Shown one piece after another: positions 18,611 to 25,236 of a stretch of 32,000 nt of DNA. The DNA lies in the NCBI RefSeq assembly GCF_002945325.1, contig NZ_CP026606.1, positions 1,440,001-1,472,000 on the forward strand. The letters are read 5' to 3'. A program made the position numbers and the translations under genes. This stretch comes from Methanococcus maripaludis. GTDB lineage: Archaea > AGJL01 > Methanococci > Methanococcales > Methanococcaceae. Numbering within the stretch: the first letter of the stretch is position 1; each line of letters starts with the position of its first letter. The notes under the pieces are model-generated. The model saw nothing but the letters and a program-made list of their open reading frames with translations. It ran no database searches and was not told the DNA's origin.

Positions 18611-19057
18611 TTATTTGACTATTTTCAAAGCACCAACAGGACATTCGGAAACGCATTTGCAACAGAGAATACACTTTTCCCTGTCTATTGATATGCCAAT
18701 GTCTTCGGAATATACCGAAATTGCCCCGTATTCGCATTCAAGGCATTTGCCACATGCGATACACTTTTCCATGTCAATACTTATTGTTATATTGTATATC
18801 CGTTCTATTAACTTTTTAGTAATCTGCTTGTTGTCACCAAGCGAAGTAATTAATGGAATGCCGTGTTCTTTGGGTAAAGATATAATCTCTTCAGAGACTC
18901 TCATGACCTTATCTGATGGATATCTGCCGTGTAAGTAGTGGGAGATGATTGAACGATCCATTTCTAGAAACTCTGCTATTTCTCTTTGAAGTTTCCCTTC
19001 TTTTCGCATATTTATTGCGACTACTGCTTTGATCCCGGATAGTATATGTTCTGGCAT
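18611..19057 (-). CDS. Helix-turn-helix domain fused to a 2-cluster ferredoxin-like domain; first gene of the fwd operon (FwdH position)
   Basis: N-terminal LQREIAEFLEMDRSIISHYLHGR looks like an HTH. The C-terminus has CIACGKCLEC (atypical spacing) and CILCCKCVSECP (canonical). It lies 22 nt upstream of fwdF. Confidence 0.6.
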   Translation of the reverse strand: MPEHILSGIKAVVAINMRKEGKLQREIAEFLEMDRSIISHYLHGRYPSDKVMRVSEEIISLPKEHGIPLITSLGDNKQITKKLIERIYNITISIDMEKCIACGKCLECEYGAISVYSEDIGISIDREKCILCCKCVSECPVGALKIVK

Positions 19058-19260
19058 AATTTCATCTCATGTGAGTCATATACAACATACACCTCATTTC
19101 TATATATATGATTCTTCTAAATTCAAATGATAAGTTATATATACAGATGTTAGGTTTGCTAACGTTATCTTTATATTAATAAAGGATAATTATATTTTAA
19201 ATTGAAAAATTTAATTGAAAAATGTCAATTTTAAATAAATATATTATTTGTGTGGTTTTT
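19058..19260. promoter_or_regulatory. Divergent promoter region between the fwd operon and the E1-like gene
   Basis: A 203-nt AT-rich spacer with TATA-like runs at 19101-19109 (tatatatat, about 48 nt from the fwd-operon ATG), 19135-19143 and 19188-19199. Confidence 0.5.
19198..19223. repeat. Tandem 13-nt direct repeat TAAATTGAAAAAT / TTAATTGAAAAAT
   Basis: The two adjacent copies are 12/13 identical by hand alignment and lie inside the divergent promoter region. Confidence 0.5.
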
Positions 19261-19875
19261 ATGGATATTAAAGCACTAGAAGATAAATTAAAGCCAAAAG
19301 GAACTGTTTCTATTATTGGATGTGGAAGGTTAGGGATTAGAATTGCAATGGATCTTTTGGAAGTTCACAGGGGCGGATTTGAAAAGATCCAGATTTTTGA
19401 TGCAGCAAGGATTGATCAAAATGATATAGTCCACAGAAAACATGGTGCAAAACTTGGAGAATATAAAATAAATTTTTTAAAAGAATTTTTCCCTGAAAAA
19501 ATTGAAGCATTTTTTGAAGATGTCAATGAAGAAAATATAAAAAAAATAACTGGCGATGTTGTTTTAATTGTTTTTGCAGGTGGAAATACTCTTCCAATTA
19601 GGAAAAAAATTGTAGACTACTGTAATAATACTAAAAAAGTTGCAATTGGAACTAATGGGGTATTTGGATTTGATCCTGCAATTAAAATTGGAGATGCGAA
19701 GACTGAAAAAGGCCCTGTAGAATTTTTAAAAGTGGAAAGTGAAGGGCATTTGGTAGTTGGCACGGGTAAATTTATAAAAGATATGGAACCAATAACACCA
19801 TACACTTTAGATGAGATGGCAAAACACCTCGTTATTGAATCTTTGAAAATCAAAAAAGAATTACTGAAAAACTAA
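19261..19875 (+). CDS. Short ThiF/E1-like Rossmann-fold protein (adenylyltransferase-like), function unknown
   Basis: IIGCGRLGIRIA (GxGxxG) is followed by IFDAARIDQNDIVHR, matching the ThiF/MoeB D-x-D-x-V-x2-sN-L-x-R pattern. ATG 19261 is preferred over 19222. It has no CxxC zinc motifs. Confidence 0.5.
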   Translation: MDIKALEDKLKPKGTVSIIGCGRLGIRIAMDLLEVHRGGFEKIQIFDAARIDQNDIVHRKHGAKLGEYKINFLKEFFPEKIEAFFEDVNEENIKKITGDVVLIVFAGGNTLPIRKKIVDYCNNTKKVAIGTNGVFGFDPAIKIGDAKTEKGPVEFLKVESEGHLVVGTGKFIKDMEPITPYTLDEMAKHLVIESLKIKKELLKN

Positions 19876-19927
19876 TAACCTAATAAAACAATGATTCAGG
19901 TTAAAATCACAAAGTTCTGGTGTTTTT

Positions 19928-20845
19928 ATGGATATAATTGAGAGAATAAACAAATTGAAAAACGAGAAAAACGCAGTAATTTTGGCACACAACTACCAGC
20001 CAGAAGAAATCCAAAAAATTGCAGATATTATTGGAGATTCACTAGAACTCTGCATTGCTGCAAGAGATACCGATGCAGATGTAATCGTATTCTGCGGTGT
20101 AGATTTCATGGCAGAAACGGCAAAAGTATTAAACAGTGGGAAAAAAGTACTTATTCCCGAAATTATTGAAACAGACTGCCCAATGGCACACCAACTTCCC
20201 CCAGAAGTGATACTTGACGCAAAAAAAGAGTATCCTGATGCAAAAGTTGTAATTTATGTAAATACACTTGCTTCTGCAAAAGCACTGGCTGACGCAACAT
20301 GTACTTCTGCAAATGCTGATAGGGTTGTGAATTCTTTCGAAGAAAACGAAGTATTATTTGGTCCAGACAATAATTTGGGTTATTTTGTATCAAAAAGGTC
20401 AAATAAAAAAATTATTCCAATGCCTGAGGGCGGACACTGCTATGTTCACAAAATGTTTACAATTGATGATGCAAAAGCAGTAAAAGAAAAGTATCCAAAT
20501 GCAGAACTTTTAATACACCCTGAAAGTGACCCAAAATTACAGGAAAGTGCTGACTACGTGATGAGTACTGGTGGAATGGTAAAACACGTTTTAAATTCAG
20601 AATGCAGCGAATTTATTATCGGAACAGAATGCGACATGATATCCCGGCTTAAAATAGAATTGGAAAAAGTGGGGAAATCAAAAAAACTAATTCCTTTAAG
20701 AACTGACGCAATCTGCAAATCGATGAAAAACATAACTTTAGAAAAAATAGAACAATGTCTTTTGGAAGAAAAACATGAAATAACGCTTGATGAAAAAATA
20801 ATTGAAAATGCAAGAAAAGCAATTGAAAGAATGCTTTCAATTTAA
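19928..20845 (+). CDS. nadA: Quinolinate synthase
   Basis: NAVILAHNYQ, CGVDFMAETAK and other NadA signatures, with the three-domain length. Confidence 0.95.
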   Translation: MDIIERINKLKNEKNAVILAHNYQPEEIQKIADIIGDSLELCIAARDTDADVIVFCGVDFMAETAKVLNSGKKVLIPEIIETDCPMAHQLPPEVILDAKKEYPDAKVVIYVNTLASAKALADATCTSANADRVVNSFEENEVLFGPDNNLGYFVSKRSNKKIIPMPEGGHCYVHKMFTIDDAKAVKEKYPNAELLIHPESDPKLQESADYVMSTGGMVKHVLNSECSEFIIGTECDMISRLKIELEKVGKSKKLIPLRTDAICKSMKNITLEKIEQCLLEEKHEITLDEKIIENARKAIERMLSI

Positions 20846-20855
20846 TTTTTTTATT

Positions 20856-21215
20856 TTATTCTTCTTTTACGTAGTATCTAACCATTTCTTCGGTTTCATC
20901 GAATATTTCAGCTTTGTAATACTCTACATCGCCGTTAGTATCGACTTTTACATATACATTTTCTACATTTTTGTATTTTTCACCAGTTTGAGCAACCCTC
21001 GGGGTAGCCGCTTGTGAAAATGCGTCCCCTTCTCTTGTGTATTCAAATATTATGTTTTGACCTTCAACAGTGTATCCTTGGTATTCTACGCCGCCCATAC
21101 TAAAGGTAACTCCTAAAAATACGTACTTTTCAGGAGTATCTGGCCCAAATGAGAAATATATTGCGCTCGCAAGAATTAAAAGCGCAATTACTGGGAGTAT
21201 ATACTTAGAACTCAT
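20856..21215 (-). CDS. Small protein with an N-terminal membrane anchor or signal peptide, translationally coupled to SepCysS
   Basis: Hydrophobic YILPVIALLILASAIYF is followed by a beta-rich ectodomain. ATG 21215 is preceded by AGGTGA-N5, where TGA is the SepCysS stop codon. Confidence 0.55.
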   Translation of the reverse strand: MSSKYILPVIALLILASAIYFSFGPDTPEKYVFLGVTFSMGGVEYQGYTVEGQNIIFEYTREGDAFSQAATPRVAQTGEKYKNVENVYVKVDTNGDVEYYKAEIFDETEEMVRYYVKEE

Positions 21216-21220
21216 TAAAT

Positions 21221-22363
21221 TCACCTTAACTCGTTTATAATAGATTTCATGCTATTTATCACGTAGTCAACTTGAGTATTGGTTAATCCATAAACACTCA
21301 TTTTGAATTCTTTTGTAACTCCTCTTCTGATTCCGCCGATTCCTCTTTTCTTCAATTCTTCGTAGAAGAAAAATCCTCTTCGTTTATCTTTTTCTGCAAT
21401 TTCATCTAAAATCGGGGTTTCAAATCTTATGATATCGTGGTTTCTTGGTCTTTCCCCAATCTGTTTAAATCCTAATGGTTCAAGCTCATTAACCACTTTT
21501 CTTGTTTTTTCAAGTTCTAAATCCCAATTTTTAACTCTTTCAATCAGGTGTTCAAAGCTTGCCATCAAACTTAAAATTGGAATTCCTCGGCTAGTGCAAC
21601 CAAGCATCTGGAGTTCTTTTAATACATTTACTTTTGAAGTTTCAAGCACTTCATCTTCATATTTTTTATTTATTGAAAGAAGACCGCATGGGCCAGATGC
21701 AGCCATACTTTTGTGTCCTGATGCTGCAATAAAGTCCACATTTAATTTTTTTCCATCAATTGGCATTCTTCCCGCAGAATATGCACAGTTTAATAAAAAT
21801 GGATATCCTTTAGATTTTGCAATTTTTCCAACCTTTTCAACATCTGCAACGTTTCCGTAATTTCCATCAACGTGTGTTAAAAGGATTAATCCGATATTTT
21901 TTTTAGAATCTTCGAGCATGTCAATTTTTTCAGCATAACTTTCAGGAATTACTCTAAATGTCGGGTATTCTTCAATTTCAGTTCTTTCGTAGTTTAATTT
22001 AGCTCTTTCAAGTGCTACATATGAAGTATAGTGGGCATTTCCATCCAAAACTACGTAATCGCCTTCTTTACAGATGGAATTCATAACAGCGTATTTACTT
22101 TCCCTTGCACCGTGTGTAGGTCTTGTTATGTCCATTCCTAAAAATTTGGACATGTCTTCTAAAAATTCGTTTATAGGGGGAGTTTCGATTTGGTCGAGTC
22201 TTCCTGAACAGTAATCGCAGACACTGTACCCATCCCAGTATTCATAGATTATTTTCTTAGATTCAGTTGGTAGGATTCCTCCTCTCTGAATTGGATTTAA
22301 GTTAATCATTTCTCTTTCGAGATTTCTAGTAATATTTTTGTATTTATCAGTATTTATCTCCAT
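21221..22363 (-). CDS. pscS: O-phospho-L-seryl-tRNA(Cys):Cys-tRNA(Cys) synthase (SepCysS), PLP enzyme
   Basis: N-terminal ...NLNPIQRGGILP...WDGYSVCDYCSGRLDQI and the PLP-lysine context ASGHKSMAASGPCG are characteristic of SepCysS. GGTGAT SD. Confidence 0.88.
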   Translation of the reverse strand: MEINTDKYKNITRNLEREMINLNPIQRGGILPTESKKIIYEYWDGYSVCDYCSGRLDQIETPPINEFLEDMSKFLGMDITRPTHGARESKYAVMNSICKEGDYVVLDGNAHYTSYVALERAKLNYERTEIEEYPTFRVIPESYAEKIDMLEDSKKNIGLILLTHVDGNYGNVADVEKVGKIAKSKGYPFLLNCAYSAGRMPIDGKKLNVDFIAASGHKSMAASGPCGLLSINKKYEDEVLETSKVNVLKELQMLGCTSRGIPILSLMASFEHLIERVKNWDLELEKTRKVVNELEPLGFKQIGERPRNHDIIRFETPILDEIAEKDKRRGFFFYEELKKRGIGGIRRGVTKEFKMSVYGLTNTQVDYVINSMKSIINELR

Positions 22364-22390
22364 AAAATCACCAATTCTCGCGTAATTTAA

Positions 22391-23158
22391 TTATTTAAAA
22401 TTGAGGTCGAGTACAACCTTTTCAAACCCTATTTTTTTAAGTTCTGTATTTATTATTTCTATCGAATCATTATCAAATATTTTTTTTGATTCTTTTTTAG
22501 TCATCTCGATAATTGCAATATTTTCAAGGTATCGAACCCTTAAATAACTTTCAATATGGAAGTTTGATTTTATAAACGCTTCTGCTAAATTCGATTTAGC
22601 CATATTTTCTTTAGAAATTGGCGCTGATAAAATACGGGTTGCCATACAGGTATCTTTTTTTGGAATATCAATTTTCAAGTATTTTGATAATTCAAAAACA
22701 TCATTTTTACTGAATTTTAAATTAGAAAGGGGGGAAATTATATTTTCTTCATTAAAAGCTTTTATTCCCGGCCTATCTTCAAATATATCATCGTAAATTG
22801 TTCCATCGACAATGATATCATAGTTCAATTCATTTTTTATTCTTTTAAGTTCTTCTGCAATTCTTTTTTTACAGTTGTAGCATCTGTTTTTTAAGTCTTT
22901 TGAAATGATTTCATTTAAATAATCTATTTTCATGGTTTTTTGAGGAATGTTGTATTTTTTAGCACGATTTTCCGCTTTTTTTATTACATTTTCAGAAAAA
23001 AATCCGTTATCAATCGTTACCGCAAGTGTTTGTGCATTATCGCTTGCAATTTTTGAAATAAGTGTGCTGTCAACACCCCCAGAATATGCAACAACCACTT
23101 TTTTGTTTTTGAAAAACTCAAGTAACGAGTTATATTTTTCAAGCAAACCTTTTTTCAT
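22391..23158 (-). CDS. LarE-like (TIGR00268-type) PP-loop ATP-dependent sulfur transferase, three-Cys variant
   Basis: PP-loop VAYSGGVDST, RCYNCKK (CxxC), and DTCMATRI at the position of the LarE catalytic Cys. ATG 23158 is preceded by GGTGA-N5, where TGA is the upstream stop. Confidence 0.75.
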   Translation of the reverse strand: MKKGLLEKYNSLLEFFKNKKVVVAYSGGVDSTLISKIASDNAQTLAVTIDNGFFSENVIKKAENRAKKYNIPQKTMKIDYLNEIISKDLKNRCYNCKKRIAEELKRIKNELNYDIIVDGTIYDDIFEDRPGIKAFNEENIISPLSNLKFSKNDVFELSKYLKIDIPKKDTCMATRILSAPISKENMAKSNLAEAFIKSNFHIESYLRVRYLENIAIIEMTKKESKKIFDNDSIEIINTELKKIGFEKVVLDLNFK

Positions 23159-23163
23159 GATTT

Positions 23164-24147
23164 TCACCGCTCAAAACCCATTTCTTCAATCATTTTTAAA
23201 TCAGACTGGATATTTTGCCCATTTGTAGTTAAATAGTTTCCAATCATTAAACCATCAAGTGCAAGAAGTGAATATTTCTGCATATCTTTTAAAACATGTT
23301 CTCTTCCACCACAAAGCCGAATTACTTTATCTGGAAGTGCAATTCTTGCAATACATATCGATTTTAATGCATCACGGGAATTAATTCGAGATATATCTCC
23401 AGAATATATTCTATCATGAATTTTGGTACCGTAAATTGGATTTAGTAAATTTAGAGCAACACTATCAACATCAAGTTTTTTTAACTCCATAAATAAATCA
23501 ATCCTATCTTCAATAGATTCACCCATTCCAAAAATTCCGCCGCTGCACATCTCAAGCCCTATTTTTTTAGCTTCGAGAATTACTTTTACTTTTTCGCTGT
23601 AATCGTGGCTTGTACAGATATTTTTAAAGTAGTTTTCAGATGTTTCAAGGTTATTGTGGATTCTTACGTTTCTTTCTTTTAAAGCTTTTAATTTATCTTT
23701 ATTTAAAAGCCCTAATGAAACGCAAACCTTTAATTTCGTTTTATTTTGAATTTCTTCAATCGATTCAATAATATTTTCAAATTCTAAATCTGTAACTGTT
23801 TTTCCACTAACAACAATCGAAAAGCGGTTTGAATATTTTTCAACCGATTTAGCATTTTTTAAAATCTCTTCTTTTGATTTTAATCCGTAAGTTTCTATTT
23901 TTGAACGGTTATGTTTTGATTGAGAGCAGAATATGCAGTTTTCAGGACAGATTCCTGATTTGGCATTTATAATTGAGCACAAATCAATATTATCCTTATT
24001 AAATAATTTTTTTAAGTTATATGATATATCTAGCAAATCATTTAAGTTTAAATTCCACAAATCAATTAAATCGTTTCTATTTAGTTTTTCAGAAGCTGAT
24101 TTTTCGTAAATTTCTAAAGAATCAGAATTTAATTTAATTTCCTTCAA
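23164..24147 (-). CDS. Biotin-synthase-like radical SAM protein
   Basis: SGICPENCIFCSQS (CxxxCxxC, compare BioB GACPEDCKYCPQS). BioB-like blocks are KLKVCVSLG, HNNLETS, GLEMCSGGIFGMGES and IRLCGGRE. TTG start with AGGTGG-N5. Confidence 0.8.
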   Translation of the reverse strand: MKEIKLNSDSLEIYEKSASEKLNRNDLIDLWNLNLNDLLDISYNLKKLFNKDNIDLCSIINAKSGICPENCIFCSQSKHNRSKIETYGLKSKEEILKNAKSVEKYSNRFSIVVSGKTVTDLEFENIIESIEEIQNKTKLKVCVSLGLLNKDKLKALKERNVRIHNNLETSENYFKNICTSHDYSEKVKVILEAKKIGLEMCSGGIFGMGESIEDRIDLFMELKKLDVDSVALNLLNPIYGTKIHDRIYSGDISRINSRDALKSICIARIALPDKVIRLCGGREHVLKDMQKYSLLALDGLMIGNYLTTNGQNIQSDLKMIEEMGFER

Positions 24148-24224
24148 AAAACCACCTTTATGGCGAATAAGTTTCTAAAATAATTTTAAAAATAGTATTT
24201 GTTTTTACATTTTAAATTTAATGA

Positions 24225-24425
24225 TCATCTATTTTCTTCAGATCCATACGGTTCATCATTTGAATTATCGTATTTTTCTTCGTTTTCTTCTTCATATTCT
24301 TCGTTTAAAACGGCGGCCTGAACAGTTTCGTTTGACGGATCAGTGTAGTCGGCACATCCTGTGAGGATTATGCAGAATATTATTGTAGAAATTAAAATTA
24401 TACCTTTGATTGCTCTTGAATTCAT
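24225..24425 (-). CDS. Small lipoprotein with a highly acidic tail (hypothetical)
   Basis: Signal peptide plus lipobox ILTGC, followed by an E/D/N-rich tail. A TGGTGT SD-like motif lies 5 nt before the ATG, 30 nt after the UPF0280 stop. Confidence 0.45.
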   Translation of the reverse strand: MNSRAIKGIILISTIIFCIILTGCADYTDPSNETVQAAVLNEEYEEENEEKYDNSNDEPYGSEENR

Positions 24426-24455
24426 GATTTACACCAATTATATTATAATTTTACA

Positions 24456-25199
24456 TCAAACCATTTCAAAAACATTTCCTAAAACTTCTTTTTTATCCGT
24501 TTTTATCAATTGAGGTATTTTTCCAATTTTTCCAGCGTGTTCTCCAAATACTACAAAAACACCATCAATTTTTGAAATAGTTTCAGCTTTTTCAAGGCAA
24601 TTATTTATTGCATCAACAGCATTTCCAACTGCAAAATTTCCAATCGAAGTTGCAACAGCATCGGCAATAATCGCAGATTTTGAAAAAACTGTAACTGAAT
24701 CGGCATTTCCAAGGCTTACGGAGTGTCCGACAGTTCCTGAGGAAGTACAGATTCCATATCCATTTTTCATTTTTTCTTTTTTTAGTTTAAATCCTAAATT
24801 TCCAGAAAGTGATGAATTTCCTGCATAAAGCCCGACAGTCGTATCCATTTCGCATTTTAAACAGATATCTCCACCATTTTCAGAAATTGCATTTTTACAG
24901 TCATTTTCAATTAAATTTTCAACAATTAATTGGCTGAATGTTCCTGCAACTGCTGCCATTGGTCCAACATCTGCATTAAATCCAGCTTCAGCCATTAATT
25001 TTATAATTTCTGGTGCATTATCTGGCACTTCAACGGGAGAATAACTAGTTAAAAATATGGGATTTCTTAAAATATAATTTTCAAGGTTTAATCTTTCATT
25101 AATAATTGTATTTTTCGCCATTTTAAAAAATTTGGGATTATCTACTTTTAAAAGAATATTTGTTTCTTTAATGGATATTTTTTCTTGAAAAAATTTCAT
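24456..25199 (-). CDS. UPF0280 family protein (ApbE-superfamily-like), function unknown
   Basis: GPMAAVAG, ENGGD and CTSSGTVGHSVSLGNADSV blocks resemble the UPF0280/ApbE-like family of methanogens. Confidence 0.65.
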   Translation of the reverse strand: MKFFQEKISIKETNILLKVDNPKFFKMAKNTIINERLNLENYILRNPIFLTSYSPVEVPDNAPEIIKLMAEAGFNADVGPMAAVAGTFSQLIVENLIENDCKNAISENGGDICLKCEMDTTVGLYAGNSSLSGNLGFKLKKEKMKNGYGICTSSGTVGHSVSLGNADSVTVFSKSAIIADAVATSIGNFAVGNAVDAINNCLEKAETISKIDGVFVVFGEHAGKIGKIPQLIKTDKKEVLGNVFEMV

Positions 25200-25236
25200 A
25201 GTATTCCTTTTTAAAATTAAAATAAATTAGAATGAT

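Noticed and set aside
14260-19057. I looked for selenocysteine (in-frame TGA) recoding in the fwd genes.
   Set aside because: All fwd ORFs present are uninterrupted. The subunit known to carry Sec in some Methanococcales (FwdB) is not encoded in this window.
19222-19260. A 13-codon N-terminal extension (MSILNKYIICVVF) of the E1-like gene.
   Set aside because: The extension would start inside the tandem repeat and TATA-like region. The Rossmann domain begins shortly after ATG 19261. The choice remains uncertain.
20802-21017. A 71-aa plus-strand ORF spanning the nadA end and the convergent terminator region.
   Set aside because: It has Phe/Ile/Tyr-rich low complexity, overlaps nadA in another frame, and is antisense to the small membrane-protein gene.
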